Positions 1 to 15,000 of a stretch of DNA of 64,000 bases are shown in pieces; positions within the stretch are counted from its first letter, which is position 1; each line of letters begins with the position of its first letter. The position numbers and the translations under genes are program-made. The stretch is from Eledone cirrhosa (lineage: Eukaryota). The notes beneath the pieces were generated by a model. It searched no databases. It had not been told where the DNA came from and saw only the letters and a list, made by a program, of their open reading frames with translations. The stretch covers positions 270,816,001 through 270,880,000 of the forward strand of contig OZ024743.1 in NCBI GenBank assembly GCA_964016885.1, in the 5' to 3' direction.

Positions 1-3000
1 TATACCGCCAGAGTGATATACCGCCAGCGTGATATACCGCCAGATGATACACAGCCAGAGTGATATTTCGCCAGAGTGATATATAGCCAGTGTGATATAC
101 CGCCAGAGTGATATACCGCCAGAGTGATATACAGCCAATGTGATATACACCCAGAGTGATATACCGCCAGAGTGATATGCCGCCAGAGTAATATACAGCC
201 AGTGTGATATACCGCCAGAGTGATATACCGCCAGTGTGATATACCGCCAGAGTGATATACCGCCAGTGTGATATACCGCCAGAGTGATATACAGCCAGAG
301 TGATATACCGCCAGAGTGATATACCGCCAGAGTGATATACAGCCAGAGTGATATACACCCAGAGTGATATACAGCCAGAGTGATATACCGCCAGAGTGAT
401 ATACCGCCAGAGTGATATACAGCCAGAGTGATATACCGCCTCAGTTATATACCGCCAGAGTGATATACCGCCAGAGTGATATACAGCCAGAGTGATATAC
501 CGCCAGAGTGATATACCGCCAGAGTGATATACCGCCAGAGTGATATACAGCCAGAGTGATATTTCGCCAGAGTAATATACCGCCAGAGTGATATACCGCC
601 GGAGTGATATACCGCCAGAGTGATATACAGCCAGAGTGATATACCGCCAGAGTGATATACCGCCAGAGTGATATACAGCCAGAGTGATATTTCGCCAGTG
701 TGATATACCGCCAGAGTGATATACCGCCGGAGTGATATACCACCAGAGTGATATACAGCCAGAGTGATATACCGCCAGAGTGATATACCGCCAGAGTGAT
801 ATACAGCCAGAGTGATATTTCGCCAGAGTGATATACCGCCAGAGTGATATATCGCCGGAGTGATATACCGCCAGAGTGATATACAGCCAGAGTGATATAC
901 GGCCAGAGTGATATACCGCCAGAGTGATATACAGCCAGAGTGATATTTCGCCAGATTGATATACCGCCAGAGTGATATTTCGCCAGAGTGATATACCGCC
1001 ACAGTGATATACCGCCAGAGTGATATACCGCCAGAGTGATATACCGCCAGAGTGATATACCGCCAGAGTGATATACCGCCAGAGTGATATACCGCCAGTG
1101 TGATATACCGCCAGAGTGATATACCGCCAGAGTGATATACCGCCAGAGTGATATACCGCCAGAGTGATATACCGTCAGAGTGATATACCGCCAGTGTGAT
1201 ATAGCGCCAGAGTGATATACCGCCAGAGTGATATACCGCCAGAATGATATACCGCCAGAGTGATATACCGCTAGAGTGATATACCGTCAAAGTGATATAC
1301 CGCCAGTGTGATATACCGCCAGAGTGATATACCGCCAGAGTGATATACAGCCAATGTGATATACCGCCAGAGTGATATACAGCCAGAGTGATATACCGCC
1401 AGAGTGATATACAGCCAGAGTGATATACCGCCAGTGTGATATACCGCCAGAGTGATATACCGCCAGAGTGATATGCCGCCAGAGTAATATACAGCCAGAG
1501 TGATATACCGCCAGTGTGATGTACCGCCAGAGTGATATACCGCCAGTGTGATATACCTCCAGAGTGATATACCGCCAGTGTGATATACCGCCAGAGTGAT
1601 ATACCGCCAGTGTGATATACCGCCAGAGTGATATACAGCCAGAGTGATATACCGCCAGAGTGATATACCGTCAGAGTGATATACAGCCAGAGTGATATAC
1701 AGCCAGAGTGATATACAGCCAGAGTGATATACCGCCAGACTGATATACCGCCTCAGTTATATACCGCCAGAGTGATATACAGCCAGAGTGATATACCGCC
1801 AGAGTTATATACCGCCAGAGTGATATACCGCCAGAGTGATATACCGCCAGAGTGATATACAGCCAGAGTGATATACCGCCAGTGTGATATACAGCCAGAG
1901 TAATATACCGCCAGAGTGATATAACGCCAGAGTTATATACAGCCAGAGTGATATAACGCCAGAGTGATATACCGCCAGAGTTATATACCGCTAGTGTGAT
2001 ATACAGCCAGAGTGATATACAGCCAGAGTGATCTACCGCCAGAGTGATATACCGCCAGAATGATATACCGCCAGAGTGATATACAGCCAGAGTGATATAC
2101 CGCCAGAATGATATACCGCCAGAGTGATATACAGCCAGAGTGATATACCGCCAGAGTGATATTTCGCCAGAGTGATATACTGCCAGAGTGATATACCGCC
2201 AGAGTGATATACCGCCAGAGTGATATACAGCCAGAGTGATAAAACCACCAGAGTGATATACCGCCAGTGTGATATACCGCCTGAGTGATATACCGCCAGA
2301 GTGATATACAGCCAGAGTGATATACCGCCAGAGTGATATACCGCCAGAGTGATATACCGCCAGAGTGATATACAGCCAGTGTGATATACCGCCAGAGTGA
2401 TATACCGCCAGAGTGATATACAGCCAATTTGATATACCGCCAGAGTGATATACAGCCAGAGTGATATACCGCCAGAGTGATATACAGCCAGAGTGATATA
2501 CCGCCAGTGTGATATACCGCCAGAGTGATATACCGCCAGAGTGATATGCCGCCAGAGTGATATACCGCCAGAGTGATATACAGCCAGAGTGATATACCGC
2601 CAGAGTGATATACCGACAGAGTGATATACCGCCAGATTAATATACCGCCAGAGTGATATACCGCCAGTGTGATATACCGCCAGAGTGATATACCGCCAGA
2701 GTGATATACCGCCAGAGTGATATACCGCCAGAGTGATATAGCGCCAGAGTGATATACCGCCAGAGTTATATAGGCCAGAGTGATATACAGCCAGAGTGAT
2801 ATACAGCCAGAGTGATATACCGCCAGAGTGATATACATCCAGAGTGATATACCGCCAGAGTGATATACCGCCAGGGTGATATACCGCCAGAGTGATATAC
2901 AGCCAGAGTTATATACAGCCAGCGTGATATACGGCCATAGTGATATACCGCCAGATTGATATACCGCCAGAGTGATATACCGCCAGTGTGATATACCGCC

Positions 3001-6000
3001 AGAGTGATATACAGCCAGAGTGATATTTCGCCAGAGTGATATACCGCCAGAGTGATATACAGCCAGAGTGATATACAGCCAGAGTGATATACCGCCAGAG
3101 TGATATACAGCCAGAGTGATATTTCGCCAGAGTGATATACCACCAGAGTGATATACCGCCAGAGTGATATACCACCAGAGTGATATACCGCCAGAGTGAT
3201 ATACCACCAGAGTGATATCCCGCCAGAGTGATATACAGCCAGAGTGATATACAGCCAGAGTGATATACCGCCAGAGTGATATACAGCCAGAGTGATATAC
3301 CGACAGAGTGATATACAGCCAGAGTGATATACAGCCAGAGCGATATACCGCCAGAGTGATATACCGCCAGAGTGATATACCGCCAGAGTGATATTTCGCC
3401 AGAGTGATATACCGCCAGAGTGATATACCGCCAGTGTGATATACCGCCACAGTCATATACCGCCAGAGTTATATACAGCCAGAGTGATATACCGCCAGAG
3501 TCATATACCGTCAGAGTGATATTTCGCCAGAGTGATATACCGCCAGAGTGATATACAGCCAGAGTGATATACCGCCAGAGTGATATACCGCCAGAGTGAT
3601 ATACAGCCAGAGTGATATACAGCCAGAGTGATATACAGCCAGAATGATATACCGCCAGAGTGATATACCGCCAGAGAGATATACAGCCAGAGTGATATAC
3701 CGCCAGAGTGATATACCGCCAGAGTGATATACAGCCAGAGTGATATACAGCCAGAGTGATATACCGCCAGAGTGATATACCGCCAGAGTGATATACAGCC
3801 AGAGTGATATACCGCCAGAGTGATATACCGCCAGAGTGATATTTCGCCAGAGTAATATACCGCCAGAGTGATATACCGCCAGAGTGATATAGCGCCAGAG
3901 TGATATACAGCCAGAGTGATATACAGCCAGAGTGATATACAGCCAGAGTGATATACCGCCAGAGTGATATACAGCCAGAGTGATATACAGCCAGAGTGAT
4001 ATACCGCCAGAGTGATATACCGCCAGAGTGATATACAGCCAGAGTGATATACAGCCAGAGTGATATACCGCCAGAGTGATATACCGCCAGAGTGATATAC
4101 CGTCAGAGTGATATACAGCCAGAGTGATATACCGCCAGAGTGATATACCGCCAGAGTGATATACCGCCAGAGTGATATAGCGCCAGAGCGATATACCGCC
4201 AGAGTGATATAGGCCAGAGTGATATACAGCCAGAGTGATATACAGCCAGAGTGATATCTGGCCAGAGTGATATACAGCCAGAGTGATATACAGCCAGAGT
4301 GATATACCGCCAGAGTGATATACAGCCAGAATGATATACAGCCAGAGTGATATACAGCCAGAGTAATATACCGCCAGAGTGATATACCGCCAGAGTGATA
4401 TACAGCCAGAGTGATATACAGTCAGAGTGATATACCGCCAGAGTGATATACAGCCAGAGTGATATACCGCCAGAGTGATATACAGCCAGAGTGATATACC
4501 GCCAGAGTGATATACCGCCAGAGTGATATACCGCCAGAGTGATATACAGCCAGAGTGATATTTCGCCAGAGTAATATACCGCCAGAGTGATATACCGCCG
4601 GAGTGATATACCGCCAGAGTGATATACAGCCAGAGTGATATACCGCCAGAGTGATATACCGCCAGAGTGATATACAGCCAGAGTGATATTTCGCCAGTGT
4701 GATATACCGCCAGAGTGATATACCGCCGGAGTGATATACCACCAGAGTGATATACAGCCAGAGTGATATACCGCCAGAGTGATATACCGCCAGAGTGATA
4801 TACAGCCAGAGTGATATTTCGCCAGAGTGATATACCGCCAGAGTGATATACCGCCGGAGTGATATACCGCCAGAGTGATATACAGCCAGAGTGATATACC
4901 GCCAGAGTGATATACCGCCAGAGTGATATACAGCCAGAGTGATATTTCGCCAGATTGATATACCGCCAGAGTGATATTTCGACAGAGTGATATACCGCCA
5001 CAGTGATATACCGCCAGAGTGATATACCGCCAGAGTGATATACCGCCAGAGTGATATACCGCCAGAGTGATATACCGCCAGAGTGATATACCGCCAGTGT
5101 GATATACCGCCAGAGTGATATACAGCCAGAGTGATATACCGCCAGAGTGATATACCGCCAGAGTGATATACCGTCAGAGTGATATACCGCCAGTGTGATA
5201 TAGCGCCAGAGTGATATACCGCCAGAGTGATATACCGCCAGAATGATATACCGCCAGAGTGATATACCGCTAGAGTGATATACCGTCAAAGTGATATACC
5301 GCCAGTGTGATATACCGCCAGAGTGATATACCGCCAGAGTGATATACAGCCAATGTGATATACCGCCAGAGTGATATACAGCCAGAGTGATATACCGCCA
5401 GAGTGATATACAGCCAGAGTGATATACCGCCAGTGTGATATACCGCCAGAGTGATATACCGCCAGAGTGATATGCCGCCAGAGTAATATACAGCCAGAGT
5501 GATATACCGCCAGTGTGATGTACCGCCAGAGTGATATACCGCCAGTGTGATATACCTCCAGAGTGATATACCGCCAGTGTGATATACCGCCAGAGTGATA
5601 TACCGCCAGTGTGATATACCGCCAGAGTGATATACAGCCAGAGTGATATACCGCCAGAGTGATATACCGCCAGAGTGATATACAGCCAGAGTGATATACA
5701 GCCAGAGTGATATACAGCCAGAGTGATATACCGCCAGACTGATATACCGCCTCAGTTATATACCGCCAGAGTGATATACAGCCAGAGTGATATACCGCCA
5801 GAGTTATATACCGCCAGAGTGATATACCGCCAGAGTGATATACCGCCAGAGTGATATACAGCCAGAGTGATATACCGCCAGTGTGATATACAGCCAGAGT
5901 AATATACCGCCAGAGTGATATAACGCCAGAGTTATATACAGCCAGAGTGATATACCGCCAGAGTGATATACCGCCAGAGTTATATACCGCTAGTGTGATA

Positions 6001-9000
6001 TACAGCCAGAGTGATATACAGCCAGAGTGATCTACCGCCAGAGTGATATACCGCCAGAATGATATACCGCCAGAGTGATATACAGCCAGAGTGATATACC
6101 GCCAGAATGATATACCGCCAGAGTGATATACAGCCAGAGTGATATACCGCCAGAGTGATATTTCGCCAGAGTGATATACTGCCAGAGTGATATACCGCCT
6201 GAGTGATATACCGCCAGAGTGATATACAGCCAGAGTGATAAAACCACCAGAGTGATATACAGCCAGTGTGATATACCGCCTGAGTGATATACCGCCAGAG
6301 TGATATACAGCCAGAGTGATATACCGCCAGAGTGATATACCGCCAGAGTGATATACCGCCAGAGTGATATACAGCCAGTGTGATATACCGCCAGAGTGAT
6401 ATACCGCCAGAGTGATATACAGCCAATTTGATATACCGCCAGAGTGATATACAGCCAGAGTGATATACCGCCAGAGTGATATACAGCCAGAGTGATATAC
6501 CGCCAGTGTGATATACCGCCAGAGTGATATACCGCCAGAGTGATATACAGCCAGAGTGATATACCGCCAGAGTGATATACCGACAGAGTGATATACCGCC
6601 AGATTAATATACCGCCAGAGTGATATACCGCCAGTGTGATATACCGCCAGAGTGATATACCGCCAGAGTGATATACCGCCAGAGTGATATACAGCCAGAG
6701 TGATATAGCGCCAGAGTGATATACCGCCAGAGTTATATAGGCCAGAGTGATATACAGCCAGAGTGATATACAGCCAGAGTGATATACCGCCAGAGTGATA
6801 TACCGCCAGCGTGATATACCGCCAGATGATACACAGCCAGAGTGATATTTCGCCAGAGTGATATATAGCCAGTGTGATATACCGCCAGAGTGATATACCG
6901 CCAGAGTGATATACAGCCAATGTGATATACTGCCAGAGTGATATACAGCCAGAGTGATATACCGCCAGAGTGATATACAGCCAGTGTGATATACCGCCAG
7001 AGTGATATGCCGCCAGAGTAATATACAGCCAGTGTGATATACCGCCAGAGTGATATACCGCCAGTGTGATATACCGCCAGAGTGATATACCGCCAGTGTG
7101 ATATACCGCCAGAGTGATATACAGCCAAAGTGATATACCGCCAGAGTGATATACCGCCAGAGTGATATACAGCCAGAGTGATATACACCCAGAGTGATAT
7201 ACAGCCAGAGTGATATACCGCCAGAGTGATATACCGCCAGAGTGATATACAGCCAGAGTGATATACCGCCTCAGTTATATACCGCCAGAGTGATATACCG
7301 CCAGAGTGATATACAGCCAGAGTGATATACCGCCAGAGTGATATACCGCCAGAGTGATATACCGCCAGAGTGATATACAGCCAGAGTGATATTTCGCCAG
7401 AGTAATATACCGCCAGAGTGATATACCGCCGGAGTGATATACCGCCAGAGTGATATACAGCCAGAGTGATATACCGCCAGAGTGATATACCGCCAGAGTG
7501 ATATACAGCCAGAGTGATATTTCGCCAGTGTGATATACCGCCAGAGTGATATACCGCCGGAGTGATATACCACCAGAGTGATATACAGCCAGAGTGATAT
7601 ACCGCCAGAGTGATATACCGCCAGAGTGATATACAGCCAGAGTGATATTTCGCCAGAGTGATATACCGCCAGAGTGATATACCGCCGGAGTGATATACCG
7701 CCAGAGTGATATACAGCCAGAGTGATATACCGCCAGAGTGATATACCGCCAGAGTGATATACAGCCAGAGTGATATTTCGCCAGATTGATATACCGCCAG
7801 AGTGATATTTCGCCAGAGTGATATACCGCCACAGTGATATACCGCCAGAGTGATATACCGCCAGAGTGATATACCGCCAGAGTGATATACCGCCAGAGTG
7901 ATATACCGCCAGAGTGATATACCGCCAGTGTGATATACCGCCAGAGTGATATACCGCCAGAGTGATATACCGCCAGAGTGATATACCGCCAGAGTGATAT
8001 ACCGTCAGAGTGATATACCGCCAGTGTGATATAGCGCCAGAGTGATATACCGCCAGAGTGATATACCGCCAGAATGATATACCGCCAGAGTGATATACCG
8101 CTAGAGTGATATACCGTCAAAGTGATATACCGCCAGTGTGATATACCGCCAGAGTGATATACCGCCAGAGTGATATACAGCCAATGTGATATACCGCCAG
8201 AGTGATATACAGCCAGAGTGATATACCGCCAGAGTGATATACAGCCAGAGTGATATACCGCCAGTGTGATATACCGCCAGAGTGATATACCGCCAGAGTG
8301 ATATGCCGCCAGAGTAATATACAGCCAGAGTGATATACCGCCAGTGTGATGTACCGCCAGAGTGATATACCGCCAGTGTGATATACCTCCAGAGTGATAT
8401 ACCGCCAGTGTGATATACCGCCAGAGTGATATACCGCCAGTGTGATATACCGCCAGAGTGATATACAGCCAGAGTGATATACCGCCAGAGTGATATACCG
8501 TCAGAGTGATATACAGCCAGAGTGATATACAGCCAGAGTGATATACAGCCAGAGTGATATACCGCCAGACTGATATACCGCCTCAGTTATATACCGCCAG
8601 AGTGATATACAGCCAGAGTGATATACCGCCAGAGTTATATACCGCCAGAGTGATATACCGCCAGAGTGATATACCGCCAGAGTGATATACAGCCAGAGTG
8701 ATATACCGCCAGTGTGATATACAGCCAGAGTAATATACCGCCAGAGTGATATAACGCCAGAGTTATATACAGCCAGAGTGATATACCGCCAGAGTGATAT
8801 ACCGCCAGAGTTATATACCGCTAGTGTGATATACAGCCAGAGTGATATACAGCCAGAGTGATCTACCGCCAGAGTGATATACCGCCAGAATGATATACCG
8901 CCAGAGTGATATACAGCCAGAGTGATATACCGCCAGAATGATATACCGCCAGAGTGATATACAGCCAGAGTGATATACCGCCAGAGTGATATTTCGCCAG

Positions 9001-12000
9001 AGTGATATACTGCCAGAGTGATATACCGCCAGAGTGATATACCGCCAGAGTGATATACAGCCAGAGTGATAAAACCACCAGAGTGATATACCGCCAGTGT
9101 GATATACCGCCTGAGTGATATACCGCCAGAGTGATATACAGCCAGAGTGATATACCGCCAGAGTGATATACCGCCAGAGTGATATACCGCCAGAGTGATA
9201 TACAGCCAGTGTGATATACCGCCAGAGTGATATACCGCCAGAGTGATATACAGCCAATTTGATATACCGCCAGAGTGATATACAGCCAGAGTGATATACC
9301 GCCAGAGTGATATACAGCCAGAGTGATATACCGCCAGTGTGATATACCGCCAGAGTGATATACCGCCAGAGTGATATGCCGCCAGAGTGATATACCGCCA
9401 GAGTGATATACAGCCAGAGTGATATACCGCCAGAGTGATATACCGACAGAGTGATATACCGCCAGATTAATATACCGCCAGAGTGATATACCGCCAGTGT
9501 GATATACCGCCAGAGTGATATACCGCCAGAGTGATATACCGCCAGAGTGATATACCGCCAGAGTGATATAGCGCCAGAGTGATATACCGCCAGAGTTATA
9601 TAGGCCAGAGTGATATACAGCCAGAGTGATATACAGCCAGAGTGATATACCGCCAGAGTGATATACCGCCAGCGTGATATACCGCCAGATGATACACAGC
9701 CAGAGTGATATTTCGCCAGAGTGATATATAGCCAGTGTGATATACCGCCAGAGTGATATACCGCCAGAGTGATATACAGCCAATGTGATATACTGCCAGA
9801 GTGATATACAGCCAGAGTGATATACCGCCAGAGTGATATACAGCCAGTGTGATATACCGCCAGAGTGATATGCCGCCAGAGTAATATACAGCCAGTGTGA
9901 TATACCGCCAGAGTGATATACCGCCAGTGTGATATACCGCCAGAGTGATATACCGCCAGTGTGATATACCGCCAGAGTGATATACAGCCAGAGTGATATA
10001 CCGCCAGAGTGATATACCGCCAGAGTGATATACAGCCAGAGTGATATACACCCAGAGTGATATACAGCCAGAGTGATATACCGCCAGAGTGATATACCGC
10101 CAGAGTGATATACAGCCAGAGTGATATACCGCCTCAGTTATATACCGCCAGAGTGATATACAGCCAGAGTGATATACCGCCAGAGTTATATACCGCCAGA
10201 GTGATATACCGCCAGAGTGATATACCGCCAGAGTGATATACAGCCAGAGTGATATACCGCCAGAGTGATATACCGCCAGAGTGATATACCGCCAGAGTGA
10301 TATACCGCCAGAGTGATATACAGCCAGAGTGATATACCGCCAGAGTGATATACCGCCAGAGTGATATACCGCCAGAGTGATATACAGCCAGAGTGATATA
10401 CCGCCAGAGTGATATTTCGCCAGAGTGATATACCGCCAGAGTGATATACCGCCAGAGTGATATACCGCCAGAGTGATATACCGCCAGAGTGATATACAGC
10501 CAGAGTGATATACAGCCAGAGTGATATACCGCCAGAGTGATATACCGCCAGAGTGATATACCGCCAGAGTGATATACCGCCAGAGTGATATACCGCCAGA
10601 GTGATATACCGCCAGAGTGATATACAGCCAGAGTGATATACCGCCAGAGTGATATACCGCCAGAGTGATATACCGCCAGAGTGATATACCGCCAGAGTGA
10701 TATAGCGCCAGAGTGATATACCGCCAGAGTGATATACCGCCAGAGTGATATACAGCCAGCGTGATATACGGCCAGAGTGATATACCGCCAGAGTGATATA
10801 CCGCCAGAGTGATATACCGCCAGAGTGATATACAGCCAGAGTGATATACCGCGAGAGTGATATACAGCCAGAGTGATATACCGCCAGAGTGATATACCGC
10901 CAGAGTGTTATACCGCCAGAGTAATATACGGCCAGAGTGATATACCGCCAGTGTTATATACAGCCAGAGTGATATACCGCCAGAGTGATATACAGCCAGA
11001 GTGATATACCGCCAGAGTGATATACCGCCAGAGTGATATACCGCCAGAGTGATATTTCGCCATAGTGATATACCACCAGAGTGATATACCGCCAGAGTGA
11101 TATACAGCCAGAGTGATATACAGCCAGAGTGATATACTGCCAGAGTGATATACCGCCAGAGTGATATACCGCCAGAGTGATATACCGCCAGATTAATATA
11201 CCGCCAGAGTGATATACCGCCAGTGTGATATACCGCCAGAGTGATATACCGCCAGAGTGATATACCGCCAGAGTGATATACCGCCAGAGTGATATAGCGC
11301 CAGAGTGATATACCGCCAGAGTTATATAGGCCAGAGTGATATACAGCCAGAGTGATATACAGCCAGAGTGATATACCGCCAGAGTGATATACCGCCAGCG
11401 TGATATACCGCCAGATGATACACAGCCAGAGTGATATTTCGCCAGAGTGATATATAGCCAGAGTGATATACAGCCAGAGTGATATACCGCCAGAGTGATA
11501 TACAGCCAATGTGATATACTGCCAGAGTGATATACAGCCAGAGTGATATACCGCCAGAGTGATATACAGCCAGTGTGATATACCGCCAGAGTGATATGCC
11601 GCCAGAGTAATATACAGCCAGTGTGATATACCGCCAGAGTGATATACCGCCAGTGTGATATACCGCCAGAGTGATATACCGCCAGTGTGATATACCGCCA
11701 GAGTGATATACAGCCAGAGTGATATACCGCCAGAGTGATATACCGCCAGAGTGATATACAGCCAGAGTGATATACACCCAGAGTGATATACAGCCAGAGT
11801 GATATACCGCCAGAGTGATATACCGCCAGAGTGATATACAGCCAGAGTGATATACCGCCTCAGTTATATACCGCCAGAGTGATATACAGCCAGAGTGATA
11901 TACCGCCAGATTTATATACCGCCAGAGTGATATACCGCCAGAGTGATATACCGCCAGAGTGATATACAGCCAGAGTGATATACCGCCAGAGTGATATACC

Positions 12001-15000
12001 GCCAGAGTGATATACCGCCAGAGTGATATACCGCCAGAGTGATATACAGCCAGAGTGATATACCGCCAGAGTGATATACCGCCAGAGTGATATACCGCCA
12101 GAGTGATATACAGCCAGAGTGATATACCGCCAGAGTGATATACAGCCAGAGTGATATACCGCCAGAGTGATATACCGCCAGAGTGATATACAGCCAGAGT
12201 GATATACCGCCAGAGTGATATACCGCCAGAGTGATATACAGCCAGAGTGATATACCGCCAGAGTGATATTTCGCCAGAGTAATATACCGCCAGAGTGATA
12301 TACCGCCAGAGTGATATACCGCCAGAGTGATATACCGCCAGAGTGATATACCGCCAGAGTGATATACACCCAGAGTGATATACAGCCAGAGTGATATACC
12401 GCCAGAGTGATATACCGCCAGAGTGATATACAGCCAGAGTGATATACCGCCTCAGTTATATACCGCCAGAGTGATATACAGCCAGAGTGATATACCGCCA
12501 GAGTTATATACCGCCAGAGTGATATACCGCCAGAGTGATATACCGCCAGAGTGATATACAGCCAGAGTGATATACCGCCAGAGTGATATACCGCCAGAGT
12601 GATATACCGCCAGAGTGATATACCGCCAGAGTGATATACAGCCAGAGTGATATACCGCCAGAGTGATATACCGCCAGAGTGATATACCGCCAGAGTGATA
12701 TACAGCCAGAGTGATATACCGCCAGAGTGATATTTCGCCAGAGTGATATACCGCCAGAGTGATATACCGCCAGAGTGATATACCGCCAGAGTGATATACC
12801 GCCAGAGTGATATACAGCCAGAGTGATATACAGCCAGAGTGATATACCGCCAGAGTGATATACCGCCAGAGTGATATACCGCCAGAGTGATATACCGCCA
12901 GAGTGATATACCGCCAGAGTGATATACCGCCAGAGTGATATACAGCCAGAGTGATATACCGCCAGAGTGATATACCGCCAGAGTGATATACCGCCAGAGT
13001 GATATACCGCCAAAGTGATATAGCGCCAGAGTGATATACCGCCAGAGTGATATACCGCCAGAGTGATATACAGCCAGCGTGATATACGGCCAGAGTGATA
13101 TACCGCCAGAGTGATATACCGCCAGAGTGATATACCGCCAGAGTGATATACAGCCAGAGTGATATACCGCGAGAGTGATATACAGCCAGAGTGATATACC
13201 GCCAGAGTGATATACCGCCAGAGTGTTATACCGCCAGAGTAATATACGGCCAGAGTGATATACCGCCAGTGTTATATACAGCCAGAGTGATATACCGCCA
13301 GAGTGATATACAGCCAGAGTGATATACCGCCAGAGTGATATACCGCCAGAGTGATATACCGCCAGAGTGATATTTCGCCATAGTGATATACCACCAGAGT
13401 GATATACCGCCAGAGTGATATACAGCCAGAGTGATATACAGCCAGAGTGATATACCGCCAGAGAGATATACCGCCAGAGTGATATACCGCCAGAGTGATA
13501 TACCGCCAGATTAATATACCGCCAGAGTGATATACCGCCAGTGTGATATACCGCCAGAGTGATATACCGCCAGAGTGATATACCGCCAGAGTGATATACC
13601 GCCAGAGTGATATAGCGCCAGAGTGATATACCGCCAGAGTTATATAGGCCAGAGTGATATACAGCCAGAGTGATATACAGCCAGAGTGATATACCGCCAG
13701 AGTGATATACCGCCAGCGTGATATACCGCCAGATGATACACAGCCAGAGTGATATTTCGCCAGAGTGATATATAGCCAGAGTGATATACAGCCAGAGTGA
13801 TATACCGCCAGAGTGATATACAGCCAATGTGATATACTGCCAGAGTGATATACAGCCAGAGTGATATACCGCCAGAGTGATATACAGCCAGTGTGATATA
13901 CCGCCAGAGTGATATGCCGCCAGAGTAATATACAGCCAGTGTGATATACCGCCAGAGTGATATACCGCCAGTGTGATATACCGCCAGAGTGATATACCGC
14001 CAGTGTGATATACCGCCAGAGTGATATACAGCCAGAGTGATATACCGCCAGAGTGATATACCGCCAGAGTGATATACAGCCAGAGTGATATACACCCAGA
14101 GTGATATACAGCCAGAGTGATATACCGCCAGAGTGATATACCGCCAGAGTGATATACAGCCAGAGTGATATACCGCCTCAGTTATATACCGCCAGAGTGA
14201 TATACAGCCAGAGTGATATACCGCCAGATTTATATACCGCCAGAGTGATATACCGCCAGAGTGATATACCGCCAGAGTGATATACAGCCAGAGTGATATA
14301 CCGCCAGAGTGATATACCGCCAGAGTGATATACCGCCAGAGTGATATACCGCCAGAGTGATATACAGCCAGAGTGATATACCGCCAGAGTGATATACCGC
14401 CAGAGTGATATACCGCCAGAGTGATATACAGCCAGAGTGATATACCGCCAGAGTGATATACAGCCAGAGTGATATACCGCCAGAGTGATATACCGCCAGA
14501 GTGATATACAGCCAGAGTGATATACCGCCAGAGTGATATACCGCCAGAGTGATATACAGCCAGAGTGATATACCGCCAGAGTGATATTTCGCCAGAGTAA
14601 TATACCGCCAGAGTGATATACCGCCAGAGTGATATACCGCCAGAGTGATATACCGCCAGAGTGATATACCGCCAGAGTGATATACAGCCAGAGTGATATA
14701 CAGCCAGAGTGATATACCGCCAGAGTGATATACCGCCAGAGTGATATACCGCCAGAGTGATATACCGCCAGAGTGATATACCGCCAGAGTGATATAGCGC
14801 CAGAGTGATATACCGCCAGAGTGATATACCGCCAGAGTGATATAGCGCCAGAGTGATATACCGCCAGAGTGATATACCGCCAGAGTGATATTTCGCCATA
14901 GTGATATACCACCAGAGTGATATACCGCCAGAGTGATATACAGCCAGAGTGATATACAGCCAGAGTGATATACCGCCAGAGTGATATACCGCCAGAGTGA